Source: Myxococcota bacterium
GTDB lineage: Bacteria; Myxococcota_A; UBA796; UBA2385
DNA: 64,000 bases
Direction: 5' to 3'
NCBI GenBank assembly: GCA_044344255.1
Contig: JBIJDH010000001.1
Location: 192,001 to 256,000, forward strand
Below, in pieces: positions 29,070-38,681 of this stretch (position 1 is its first letter; each line of letters begins with the position of its first letter). The notes under the pieces were generated by a model. The model made no database searches. It saw only the letters and a program-made list of their open reading frames with translations, and was not told where the DNA came from. A program made the position numbers and the translations under genes.

Positions 29070-29620
29070 GCCTGGGCTTCGTCGCGGTCACCCTTGGTCA
29101 CCCGCTTCTTCCGCTTGGCGACATAGCGGCTGCGCTTGAACATGCTCGAGCGCTCGAGGAGCGTGATCCCCTCGAGGTGGTCGAGCTCGTGCTGGATGAC
29201 GATCGCGCCGAACTCGTCATACTCGCGCTCGTGCGGCGCTCCCTGGGCGTCCTGGTAGCGGACCTTGATGCGCTTGGACCGCTTGATGTCCTGGTAGAAC
29301 TCGGGCACCGAGAGGCAGCTCTCTTCGTAGAGGATGCTCTCCTTGCTCCGCTCGACGATCTCGGGGTTGACCATGAAGACGAGGTCACGGCCCTTGAGCC
29401 GCTCGCCGTCCTCCCCCTCGAAGCCCGGATCCGCGACGATGATGCGCCGGGAGTCGCCCACCTGGGGCGCGGCGAGCCCGACGCCGGGGGCGGCGTACAT
29501 CGTCTCGGCCATGTCTGCGAGGAGGCGCGCGACGTCGGGGCCGAATTCGCCGGGCTCGACCGGCCGCGCCTTCTTGTTCAAGACGGGATGAGGGGCTTCG
29601 AGGATGGTCAGGATGGCCAC
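29066..29620 (-). CDS. def: Peptide deformylase
   Basis: GVGLAAPQ, EESCLS and QHELDHL motifs; GTG start. Confidence 0.96.
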   Translation of the reverse strand: MAILTILEAPHPVLNKKARPVEPGEFGPDVARLLADMAETMYAAPGVGLAAPQVGDSRRIIVADPGFEGEDGERLKGRDLVFMVNPEIVERSKESILYEESCLSVPEFYQDIKRSKRIKVRYQDAQGAPHEREYDEFGAIVIQHELDHLEGITLLERSSMFKRSRYVAKRKKRVTKGDRDEAQA

Positions 29621-29750
29621 GGCTGCTCCGAGGGGATCGGCCCCATGTATCGCCGGTGGGCCGATGGGCAATCCACGGGGCTGTCACACGGCCGCAAGGG
29701 CCGGCGTCGGGGCGCTGGGGTAGATGGGAGCCCCGCTTGTTGGAGCCCCG

Positions 29751-31007
29751 ATGGCCTTCGGTAGAATCCCCCGCTTCAGTCCGAGCTTCTCCCCCAAGGA
29801 GGCGCTGATCTCCGCCCGCTATCTCCTTCGGGACGGCCCGAACGACGAGATGGTGGGCCGCTTCGAGGCCGCCTTCGCCGAGTACATCGGCGCCCGCCAC
29901 GCGGTGATGGTGCCGAGCGCCCGCTTCGGCTTCTACCTGCTCCTCGAGGCCATCGGCGTCGGCGCGGGGGACGAGGTCATCATCCCGGCGCTCACCTACT
30001 TCGCGATCCCGGCGATGGTGCCGCTGCTCGGCGCCCGGCCCGTCTTCGCCGACGTCGACCTCCGCACTCACGTGCTTGACCCCGAGGCCTTCCGCGCCGC
30101 CATCACGCCGCGCACGAAGGCGGTGGTGCCCACCCACCTCTACGGCACCCCCTGCGACATGGACGCCATCGTCCGCATCGCCCGTGAGCACAACATCGCC
30201 GTCATCGAGGACTGCGCCCAGTCCACCGGCGCCCGCTACAAGGGCACCCGCGTCGGCCACAAGGGCGACCACGCTTATTACACCTTCGGCCTGACGAAGA
30301 ACATCACGACCCTGTCCGGCGCGATGATCACCACCGACACCGCCTCCGTCGCGCACCACGCCCGGGCCGCGATCGCGAGCGGCGACTACACGCCGAAGCA
30401 GAAGTCCACGAAGGAGGCCGTCACCGGCGTGGCGATGTGGGTCGCCACCCACCCGTGGGTGTACTGGGCCACCGTGCACCCCGCCGTCGTCCTGGGCAAC
30501 GCCCTCGGCAAAGACCCGCTGCACGAGCGCTTCGGCGAGGCCGAGGTCCGCTACGAGAAGCTGCCCTCCTCCTACAAGAAGAACGGCAAGGCCCTCGCGG
30601 TGCAGGCCGCCGTCGGCCTCGAGCAGATCCGTCGCATCGATGAGCTCAACGGCGCCCGCATCCGCAACGGCCGCGCCCTTGACCAGGGGCTCGCGCACGT
30701 GGGCGGCCTCACCACCCCCACCTACCCCGAGGGTGCCGAGCCCATCTACATGAGCTTCGTAGTGCACCACAAGAAGCGGGACGCCCTGATGAAGGCGCTG
30801 CGGAGGCGGGGGGTCGACACCACCATCGGCTACATGTCCGACCTCTCCGGCAACCCGCTCTTCGCCGAGTACGCCAAGGACTGCCCGAACGCCGCCCGGA
30901 TCCACGCGGAGTGCCTGCACATCCCCGTGCACCCGAACCTCCGCCAGAAGGACCTCGATCACATGATCGAGGCCGTCCGGGCCGCCACCCTCGAGGCCAA
31001 CGCCTGA
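29751..31007 (+). CDS. DegT/DnrJ/EryC1/StrS PLP aminotransferase
   Basis: GAGDEVIIP, VIEDCAQS and TFGLTKN motifs. Confidence 0.9.
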   Translation: MAFGRIPRFSPSFSPKEALISARYLLRDGPNDEMVGRFEAAFAEYIGARHAVMVPSARFGFYLLLEAIGVGAGDEVIIPALTYFAIPAMVPLLGARPVFADVDLRTHVLDPEAFRAAITPRTKAVVPTHLYGTPCDMDAIVRIAREHNIAVIEDCAQSTGARYKGTRVGHKGDHAYYTFGLTKNITTLSGAMITTDTASVAHHARAAIASGDYTPKQKSTKEAVTGVAMWVATHPWVYWATVHPAVVLGNALGKDPLHERFGEAEVRYEKLPSSYKKNGKALAVQAAVGLEQIRRIDELNGARIRNGRALDQGLAHVGGLTTPTYPEGAEPIYMSFVVHHKKRDALMKALRRRGVDTTIGYMSDLSGNPLFAEYAKDCPNAARIHAECLHIPVHPNLRQKDLDHMIEAVRAATLEANA

Positions 31008-31129
31008 CAGCGGCCCCGAAGGTCCCCTCCCCTCCACGCGCCCGAGGGGTGGGACCTGCGGCTCCTGTCGGACAGCGGCCCAGATCAGGGTATCCTCCGC
31101 GAGACGCGCTCCTGTCCCCCGAGGGCCTC

Positions 31130-32341
31130 ATGAAGTTCTCCGTTCGAAACTACGCCCGCATCGCCGAGGCCGCGCTCACCCGCCGCGTGCCGGTCTACGC
31201 CCACTGGGGCATCACGCACCGGTGCAACCTCACCTGCAAGATGTGCGGGATCTGGCGCTACGGGAACGAAAAGGAAGAGCTGAACCTCGATCAGGTCAAG
31301 CTGATGGCCGAGCGAATGGCCCGCCTCGGCGTGGTGCAGCTCTCGATCGGCGGCGGCGAGCCCTTCGCCTCCCCCATCATCGAGGACGCCGCCAAGGCCT
31401 TCGTCGATCAGGGCCTCAACACGCGGGTGCTCACCAACGGCATCGGCGAGGGCAACGGCCGCAACGTCGTCGCCGGCCGTCGCTACCTCGACCGCGTCGA
31501 TCGCTGCATTGACAACGGGGTGCGCAACTTCTCGATCTCCCTCGACAGCCTGTACCCGGCCCGCTTCGACTTCATCTGCGAGGTCGATGGCGCCTGGAAC
31601 GAGGCGGTCAAGACGATGACCCACATCAGCGGGCGCCTGCACGGAAAGGCCGGCGCGATGCCCACCATCAACTGCGTGGTGAGCAACCTGAACCTGGAGG
31701 AGCTGCCCGACATGGTGCGCTTCGCCCGGGACATCGGCTTCGCCATCAGCTTCCTCCCGGTCGAGCTGCTCGCGACCGCCAAGGATGGCGTACGCAACTG
31801 GGAGGCCCGCTTCATTCGCTACCGCCCCGAGATGGGCCTCAACCAGGACCCCGAGAGCGCCCGCGTCCGCATCGACAAGGCCTATGACGCCTTGATCGCC
31901 ATGAAGGCGGCCGGCGAGCCGATCCTGAACTCCACGCCTTACCTCGAGGCCAGCCGCATGTACCTCAAGACGGGGCGCTTCCCCGCCGAGGGCTGCGACG
32001 CGGGCCGGCTGTACTTCAGCGTGGCCCCGAACGGCCAGTTCACGATCTGCCACCGCACCGTCCACCAGCATCTGCACTTCCTCGACCCCAACTTCGAGGA
32101 GTACTTCCACTCGGGCGCCTACGAGCAGAAGCGCATGATGGAGGCCGCGAGCTGTGAGGGCTGCATGCGGGCCTGCTGGATCGACACCAGCAGCATGTTC
32201 CGGTCCGTCCAGGCCTTCTTCGAGACCGCTCGCCTGACCACCGCGTCGCGGAGCCGGCCGCCCCTCGACTGGGACGGCGCGCTCGGGCTCGCCCGTCACG
32301 ACGACATCTCCATCGTGCCCGAGGCGATGAGCGCCAAGTAG
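31130..32341 (+). CDS. Radical SAM protein with SPASM/twitch domain
   Basis: CNLTCKMC; GGGEP; C.AGRLYFSVAPNG...C; CEGCMRAC. Confidence 0.9.
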   Translation: MKFSVRNYARIAEAALTRRVPVYAHWGITHRCNLTCKMCGIWRYGNEKEELNLDQVKLMAERMARLGVVQLSIGGGEPFASPIIEDAAKAFVDQGLNTRVLTNGIGEGNGRNVVAGRRYLDRVDRCIDNGVRNFSISLDSLYPARFDFICEVDGAWNEAVKTMTHISGRLHGKAGAMPTINCVVSNLNLEELPDMVRFARDIGFAISFLPVELLATAKDGVRNWEARFIRYRPEMGLNQDPESARVRIDKAYDALIAMKAAGEPILNSTPYLEASRMYLKTGRFPAEGCDAGRLYFSVAPNGQFTICHRTVHQHLHFLDPNFEEYFHSGAYEQKRMMEAASCEGCMRACWIDTSSMFRSVQAFFETARLTTASRSRPPLDWDGALGLARHDDISIVPEAMSAK

Positions 32342-32401
32342 GTCGGTCGCGCGCCCGGCCCCGCCTTGTGGGGCCCACCCGGACAGACTAAGGCGACTCC
32401 G

Positions 32402-33118
32402 ATGCGCAACGTCCTCGCCATCTTCCAGCGCGAGCTCGGAAGTTACTTCGACAGCCCGCTGGCCTACATCGTCATCCCCGCCTTCCTCGGCCTCGTGGGC
32501 GGCTTCTCGCTCTACTTCGAGGACGTGCTGGGCGCGGGCGTGGCCTCGTGCCGCTCGGTGTTCTTCTGGTCGGCCGTCTTCTACCTCCTGCTGATCCCCG
32601 CCGTCACCATGCGGCTCTTCGCGGAGGAGAAGCGCTCGGGCACCCTCGAGCTGCTGGTCACCCTGCCGGTCACCGAGGGCGAGATGGTGCTGGGCAAGTT
32701 TCTGGCCGCCCTGGGCCTGATGACGCTCGCCCTCGCGCTCACGATCACCTACCCCCTCACGCTCGCCCACTGGGGAGACCTTGACCTCGGCCCCGTGATC
32801 GGCGGCTACCTCGGGCTCTTCTTGTTGGGCGCCGCCTTCTCGGCCATCGGGACGGCCGCGAGCGCGCTCACCTCGAACCAGGTCATCGCCTTTCTGATGG
32901 CGCTGATCTGCTGCATCACCCCCTTCGCGGTGGGCTACGCCCTCGCCCAGGTGCCGGCCTCGGTGCTGCCCGTGGTGCAGTACCTCTCCTTTGAGTACCA
33001 CTTCAACAACCTCGCCCGCGGCGTGGTCGACTCGCGCGACCTCCTCTTTTACGGCAGCGTGGTGGCCCTCTTCCTGCACATCGCCGTCTTCTCGCTCGAG
33101 CGGAGGCGGCTGTCGTGA
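32402..33118 (+). CDS. ABC-2 permease, GldF-like
   Basis: RELGSYFDSPLAY; TMRLFAEEKRSGTLELL. Confidence 0.9.
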   Translation: MRNVLAIFQRELGSYFDSPLAYIVIPAFLGLVGGFSLYFEDVLGAGVASCRSVFFWSAVFYLLLIPAVTMRLFAEEKRSGTLELLVTLPVTEGEMVLGKFLAALGLMTLALALTITYPLTLAHWGDLDLGPVIGGYLGLFLLGAAFSAIGTAASALTSNQVIAFLMALICCITPFAVGYALAQVPASVLPVVQYLSFEYHFNNLARGVVDSRDLLFYGSVVALFLHIAVFSLERRRLS

Positions 33119-34764
33119 TCGACACCCGTCGAAACCTGCTCACCAACGCCTGGGCCCAGCTCCTGCTGGTGTTCGTGGTGGTCGTCCTCGGCAACCTGTG
33201 GTCGAGCGGCACCTTCCTGCGGATGGACCTCACCGAGGATCGTCTCTACAGCTTGGACCTGGCCAGCCGGGCCCTGATGTACAAGCTCGAGAAGCCCCTC
33301 GTCGTCAAGGTGTACTTCACGCGCGGGCTGCAGGCCCCCTACAACAACCACGAGCAGGTGCTGGTCGACAAGCTCGAAGATCTGCGGGCCTACAGCAAGG
33401 GCCTGATGAAGATCGAGGTGACCGACCCCACCAACATCGCCGAGCGGGAGGCCGAGGCCCACGGCTTCGGCATCGACCCCATCCAGTACCGCTACCAGAG
33501 TGACAACGTCACCGAGATGAAGAAGGTCTTCATGGGGGTGGCGCTGGTCTACGGTGACCGGCAGGAGGTCCTCCCTGCGGTCACCGCCCTCGGGAGCCTC
33601 GAGTACGACCTCGCCCGCGCCGTGAAGGCCCTCATCACCAAGGAGGAGCGGAAGACCATCGGCTGGAGCGCCGGCCACGGAGAGCCCGACCTCATGGGCG
33701 GAACGGGCCCCCTCGAGACCATCCGCAGCCAGTGGCAGCAGGACTACGGGGTCACCAACGTTCCCCTCGGCGGCTCCGGCCTCATCCCCGAGACCATCGA
33801 CGCCCTCTTCGTCGTCGGGCCCCAGCGGCCGATGGACGAGCGCTCGCTCTACCAGCTCGACCAGTTCCTGATGCGCGGCGGCGCCCTCGCCATCTTCATG
33901 GCGAACACCCGGCCGGATCTGCGAACCCTGCGCCCGCAGAACATCTACCACAACCTCGACGGGCTGGTCGGGCACTTCGGGGTCCGCCTCAGCCGCGACG
34001 TCGTCGTCGACCGCGCCCACAACGGCATGATGCGCTTCCCCGTCCGGCAAGGGAAGAGCGTCGTCCAGATGCCGGTGAACTACCCGCTCATCCCCAAGGC
34101 CTCGAAGTTCGACCCCGACAGCCCCGTGGTGAAGGGCCTCGACTCCATGCTCTTCCCCTTCGTGAGCTCGCTGTCCCTCGCAGACCCCATGCCCTCTGAC
34201 GTCAAGAGCGTCGTGCTGGCGGCCTCTTCGGAGACCTCGGGCTCGATCAAGGGCATCGCGACGATCGATCCGACCGCCTACAAGCTCGTCGCCCCGGGAG
34301 AGCAGCGCGGCTCCTACCCGCTGATCATCAGCCTCACGGGCACCTGGCCGAGCTACTTCGCGAGCAAGGACATCCCCAAGCCCGCCGAGCCCGACCCCAC
34401 CGCGCCGCCCGACGATCCCGCCGCCCGCCTCCGAGAGAGCGCCCCCTCCCGGCTCATCGTGAGCGGCTCCGCCGACTTCGTCGCCAACAACATCCCCTTC
34501 ATGTTGAACCTCGCCGACTGGATGATGCAGGATGACTCCCTGATCGCCATTCGGAGCAAGTCCGCCCAGCTCCCGCCCCTGCAGCCGATCAGCGACAGCA
34601 CGGCGCGCTGGGTGAAGCTCGGCAACCTCCTCGGCGGTTCGGGCCTGCTCCTCGTCTTCGGCCTCGGACGCTGGCTCATCCGCCGCCCCGCCCGGCGCGC
34701 CGCCGAGCGCTCGGCCGATCCAACGCCCCGTCCCCCGGCTGACCTCACGGGCTCCGCGTCATGA
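33115..34764 (+). CDS. GldG-like ABC auxiliary component
   Basis: RMDLTEDRLYSL, GHGE and LDQFLMRGG motifs; N- and C-terminal TM. Confidence 0.88.
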   Translation: MIDTRRNLLTNAWAQLLLVFVVVVLGNLWSSGTFLRMDLTEDRLYSLDLASRALMYKLEKPLVVKVYFTRGLQAPYNNHEQVLVDKLEDLRAYSKGLMKIEVTDPTNIAEREAEAHGFGIDPIQYRYQSDNVTEMKKVFMGVALVYGDRQEVLPAVTALGSLEYDLARAVKALITKEERKTIGWSAGHGEPDLMGGTGPLETIRSQWQQDYGVTNVPLGGSGLIPETIDALFVVGPQRPMDERSLYQLDQFLMRGGALAIFMANTRPDLRTLRPQNIYHNLDGLVGHFGVRLSRDVVVDRAHNGMMRFPVRQGKSVVQMPVNYPLIPKASKFDPDSPVVKGLDSMLFPFVSSLSLADPMPSDVKSVVLAASSETSGSIKGIATIDPTAYKLVAPGEQRGSYPLIISLTGTWPSYFASKDIPKPAEPDPTAPPDDPAARLRESAPSRLIVSGSADFVANNIPFMLNLADWMMQDDSLIAIRSKSAQLPPLQPISDSTARWVKLGNLLGGSGLLLVFGLGRWLIRRPARRAAERSADPTPRPPADLTGSAS

Positions 34765-36164
34765 GGCCCACCCAAAAGACCATCGCCCTCTTCGTGGTGG
34801 CCCTCCTCCTCGTCGGCCTCAACCTGCTCGATCGCGGCAGCGGTGAGCGCACGACCGAGGCCCTGCCCGCCATCAGCGCGATGGTCCGCGAAGAGGTCGC
34901 CCGGATCGAGATCTCCACCGCGATCGAGAAGATCGTCCTCGTCCGGAAGACCGGCCCCGGTGAGTCTGGGGCCCTCGACGGCGCCGGCCGCTGGCACCTC
35001 ATCGCCCCGATCGAGGCGGTGGCCGACCAGGTGGCCGTGCGCACCCTGCTCAACAACTTCCGCAAGGATGTCCCCATCGACGTCAAGGTCGACAAGGACA
35101 ACCTCGAAGACTACGGCCTCGACGCCGGCAATGGCATCGTGGTCGAGCTCTTCGGCGCGGGCAGCACACCCACCATCTCCTTCACGGTCGGCACCGACGC
35201 GCCGGGCGGCTCCTCCTTCGTCCGCCTCTCCGGCGACGACGCCGTCTACCGCGCCCGCGTCGGCAGCCGCCACCGGTATGACCGTCCGGCGAGCGAGTGG
35301 CGCAATCAGGTCCTCCTCGACTTCCCCGGCCAGAGCGCCGTCCGCCTCCACGTCCAGAAGGCAGACGGCAGCGGCTACACCGCGCAGCGCAGCCCGACCG
35401 GCAGCAACGACGAGAAGGGCAACCCGCTGATGGGGCCCTGGAGCTTCGACCCTGACCCCGGCTACCCCGCCGATCAGACCGTGCTCGACGCCCTCGTCGA
35501 CGGCCTCGGCCGCCTCCGCGCCGGTGACACCCTCGGCGCCGACTTCGACGGCGGCTGGAGCCCCCCCGGCGGCACGGTAGAGGTAGCCCTCGCCGACGGC
35601 AGCGTTCGCACGATGACCGTCGGCACCCGCAGCCTCGAGGGCGCCGCCTTCGTCCGCGGGGGTGGCTCCCCGCTCGTCTACCGTGTCGCTCGAGCCCCCC
35701 TCGACACGCTGATGTCCGATCAGGCCGAGCTGCGCGACAAGACCATCTTCGCCTTCTCGCGCACCCAGGTCGACACGCTCACCCTCGAGGAGGGTGGCTC
35801 CACCGTCATCCTCCAGCAAGACCTCTCGAACAACCTCTGGAAGGTCATCCAGCCGCCGAACGTCGACGTCGACATTCGCCTCGTCTTCTACGCGGTCAAC
35901 ACGATGGCCACGCTGCGCGCCGTCGACGTGAGCGAGCTCTCTCCCAGCGACGTCGGCCTCGACGACAGCGGCGCCCACAAGGCCGCGCTGCGCATCACCG
36001 CCCGCTTCCTCGACGGCCAGAGCATGGGGCTCCTGGTCGGCGACAAGACGAAGAACGAGCGCGGAAAGGACCTCTGGTACGTCCGCCGCGACGACTCCCA
36101 GCAGGTCTTCCTCCTCTCGGAAGACACGGTGAGCAAGCTCAAGCAGGGATTCGGCCGAAGCTGA
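34761..36164 (+). CDS. DUF4340 domain protein
   Basis: N-terminal TM; repeated W....P....AD and YGL motifs; follows GldF/GldG. Confidence 0.8.
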   Translation: MRPTQKTIALFVVALLLVGLNLLDRGSGERTTEALPAISAMVREEVARIEISTAIEKIVLVRKTGPGESGALDGAGRWHLIAPIEAVADQVAVRTLLNNFRKDVPIDVKVDKDNLEDYGLDAGNGIVVELFGAGSTPTISFTVGTDAPGGSSFVRLSGDDAVYRARVGSRHRYDRPASEWRNQVLLDFPGQSAVRLHVQKADGSGYTAQRSPTGSNDEKGNPLMGPWSFDPDPGYPADQTVLDALVDGLGRLRAGDTLGADFDGGWSPPGGTVEVALADGSVRTMTVGTRSLEGAAFVRGGGSPLVYRVARAPLDTLMSDQAELRDKTIFAFSRTQVDTLTLEEGGSTVILQQDLSNNLWKVIQPPNVDVDIRLVFYAVNTMATLRAVDVSELSPSDVGLDDSGAHKAALRITARFLDGQSMGLLVGDKTKNERGKDLWYVRRDDSQQVFLLSEDTVSKLKQGFGRS

Positions 36165-36252
36165 GCCCGCCGTCGAATGGCCCCGGATGGGCCTCGTCGG
36201 AGGAGGGTGAGACCCGGAGCGCATTTTGGACGCTCCCACCTCCGGAGGCGTC

Positions 36253-37464
36253 ATGTCCCTTCTTGCCCTCGCCGTGCTCTCCCTGTCCGCCTTCGCCGTG
36301 GCCGCCCCCGCCACCCGAGACGAGCGCCCCTCCGCTCCGCAGCGAGAGGCCGCTGACGATGACCATGACGACGACGGGACCGCGAAGGCGGGTGAAAAGA
36401 AGAAGGGACAGACGAAGAAGGGACAGACCAAGAAAGGACAGACGAAGAAGGGAAAGGGAGCGACCCAGCCAGTCCGCTCCAACAAGGACGGAAAATTCGC
36501 CCATGGGAGCAAGGGCGAAAATCTAAAGGACGACCATCGGAAGGGCGACAGCACGAAGTCCGAAGGCCACGGCCCGAAGAAGGACAACGCTCACCCCGGC
36601 GCTGGCCCCAAGAAGGGCAGCGCCGGCCCCAAGAAGGGCGGCACCGGCCCGAAGAAGGGCAGCGCCGGCCCCAAGAAGGGCAGCGCCGGCCCCAAGAAGG
36701 GCGGCTCGGGTAAGGGTGACACCGTCGTCAACACGCCCGTCCAGCAGGTGACCCACGTGAGCTTCGCCCCCCAGGGCTGGACGCCGGACTGGCACCGCAC
36801 CGAAGAGGAGAAGACCTCGCACTGGTCTCCCGAATATTGGAGCAAGGGGGTCTTCCAATACAGCCCGCCCAAGAAGGGAGAGAAGGTCGAGGTGGTGGAG
36901 AAGCAGGGCGGCGAGACGGTCCGCGCCCCCAAGGAGGAGCAGAGCCCCCGCCGCGAGGTCGACCGGCGGGGAGACGTGTCGGTCGGGCTGCGCGCCGCCA
37001 CCTTCGCCTCGGCCTATCAGGGTGGCGGCCTCTACGCGGACCCCGGCACCGGCCTGTCCCTCGGCTATCGGCCGATTGAGTGGGTGGGCCTTCAGCTCGA
37101 CTGGACCCACCACCGCGACACTTGGACGGAGGCGGAGCCGAGCCGCGTGCACGACCCCATCCAAGCCAGCGTCCAGCTCTTCGCCTTCCCCTGGACGCAC
37201 GTCTCACCGTACGCCACCGTCGGCTGGACCTGGTCTCCCTACGAGATCCACGACTCGATCGAGGGCTCCGCCAGCGCGGCGCCGATCGACGAGCAGGGCG
37301 TCGCGCGCGGCGGCCACGCCGGGCTGGGGATCGAGTTCGCCCTCGGGGAGCACGCCGCCCTCGGGCTTGACGCGCGCTACCTCCACCTCTCTCGGCTGCC
37401 CCAGGGGGCGGAGTCCCTGCCCTCCGCCCTCCAGGCCACCGCGGGGTTGAAGGCCTACTTCTAA
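36253..37464 (+). CDS. Outer-membrane beta-barrel protein with Lys-rich repetitive N-terminus
   Basis: Signal peptide; KKGQT and GPKKGSA repeats; amphipathic strands ending in AGLKAYF. Confidence 0.75.
   Translation: MSLLALAVLSLSAFAVAAPATRDERPSAPQREAADDDHDDDGTAKAGEKKKGQTKKGQTKKGQTKKGKGATQPVRSNKDGKFAHGSKGENLKDDHRKGDSTKSEGHGPKKDNAHPGAGPKKGSAGPKKGGTGPKKGSAGPKKGSAGPKKGGSGKGDTVVNTPVQQVTHVSFAPQGWTPDWHRTEEEKTSHWSPEYWSKGVFQYSPPKKGEKVEVVEKQGGETVRAPKEEQSPRREVDRRGDVSVGLRAATFASAYQGGGLYADPGTGLSLGYRPIEWVGLQLDWTHHRDTWTEAEPSRVHDPIQASVQLFAFPWTHVSPYATVGWTWSPYEIHDSIEGSASAAPIDEQGVARGGHAGLGIEFALGEHAALGLDARYLHLSRLPQGAESLPSALQATAGLKAYF
36604..36708 (+). repeat. 21-bp coding tandem repeat x5 (GPKKGxx)
   Basis: GGCCC(C/G)AAGAAGGGC(A/G)GC... 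five units. Confidence 0.85.
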
Positions 37465-37492
37465 GCCCCGACCCCAGCCACGCCGCCGACCT

Positions 37493-38104
37493 TCAGTTGG
37501 CGGCGCCCTTGGTGATCGTCGTGGTGACCGCCCAGGCCCCCGTCCCGTCGGTGGCCCGGGCCCAGGACTTCGTCCCGTCATCGGCGAGGGCCGTGTAGGT
37601 CGTGATGTCGACGTCGACCAGGTCGGGGTTGACGAGCTTGAGCTTGCCGCCGTCCCACTTGAGGCCGAAGTCGGTGGTGAGCCCGCTCGTGCCGTTGCAG
37701 CTGATCACGAGCCACTCGCCGGCGCCGATCGAGGTGCCGTTGGGGAAGGCCCAGGGCGCGGCGCCCTTCTTGTCGAGGGCCCAGCCGGTGAGGTCGACCT
37801 CGGCCCCGGAGCGGTTGTAGAGCTCGATCCAGTCGAGGCCCACCGCGTCGTCCTGCGCCAGCAGCTCGTTGAGGACGAGCGGGGTCTCGGGGTCGGTGTA
37901 CTCGTCGGGGGTCCCGCCGCCGGTGTCGCCCCCAGAGTCGGTGTCGGTGTCGGCGTCAGTGTCGGCGTCCGAATCGGCGTCCGTGTCAGAGTCGGAGTCG
38001 GCGTCGGTGTCGGCGTCGCTCTCCGCCCCATTCTCGGCCTTGCCAGAGCCACAGGCGGGGGCGAGGAGCAGCCCCGTCCAAAGGGTGAGGGTCCAGGTCT
38101 TCAT
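37493..38104 (-). CDS. Lamin-tail-domain lipoprotein with Asp-rich (DADTDS) linker
   Basis: LAPAC lipobox; LNELL..DWIELYN..VDLTGWAL. Confidence 0.82.
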   Translation of the reverse strand: MKTWTLTLWTGLLLAPACGSGKAENGAESDADTDADSDSDTDADSDADTDADTDTDSGGDTGGGTPDEYTDPETPLVLNELLAQDDAVGLDWIELYNRSGAEVDLTGWALDKKGAAPWAFPNGTSIGAGEWLVISCNGTSGLTTDFGLKWDGGKLKLVNPDLVDVDITTYTALADDGTKSWARATDGTGAWAVTTTITKGAAN

Positions 38105-38130
38105 GTCTCAGCGCTCCACATTGGGGTCTC

Positions 38131-38583
38131 TCAGCTCTCTCGGGTCGCCCGAGCGGCCGCGCTGGGGGGCGCGGAGCCGGCGTCCAGCCAATCTTGCAGG
38201 ATCACCGCCGCGGCGGTCTCGTCGATGACGTCGCGCTGCTGGCGGCTGTTCTTGCCCTGAAGGTGCAGGATTCGGGTGGCCTCCACGGTGCTGTACCGTT
38301 CGTCCTGATAATGCACCGGAATTCCGCTCTCCGCTGCGAGCAGCTCGCCCACCTGGCGCGCGAGGCGCACGCTGCGGCCCTCATCTCCGTCGAGCTGCAA
38401 TGGGAGCCCGACGACGAAGGCAGCGACCTCCTCCCGCTCGAGGGCGCGGAGCAGGCGCACCACGTCCTTCTTCGTGCCCTCGCGGCGCAGGGTGAGGAGG
38501 GGGCGGGCCATGCGGGCGCGGTCATCGGCGCGGGCCACGCCGATGGTGCGGGTCCCGACGTCGAGGCCGATGGTGAGGGGCAT
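38131..38583 (-). CDS. ruvX: Holliday junction resolvase-like / pre-16S rRNA nuclease YqgF
   Basis: GLDVG.RTIGVA, VVGLP, DERYST and AAAVILQ motifs. Confidence 0.93.
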   Translation of the reverse strand: MPLTIGLDVGTRTIGVARADDRARMARPLLTLRREGTKKDVVRLLRALEREEVAAFVVGLPLQLDGDEGRSVRLARQVGELLAAESGIPVHYQDERYSTVEATRILHLQGKNSRQQRDVIDETAAAVILQDWLDAGSAPPSAAARATRES

Positions 38584-38681
38584 CCTTCCCGGTAAGGAGG
38601 GCGACCGACCACCGCAAGGGGTTAGCTCACAACTCCGACCGCCCGACGCGCCACCGACGCGCGGACGCCCTGGAGGAGCCC

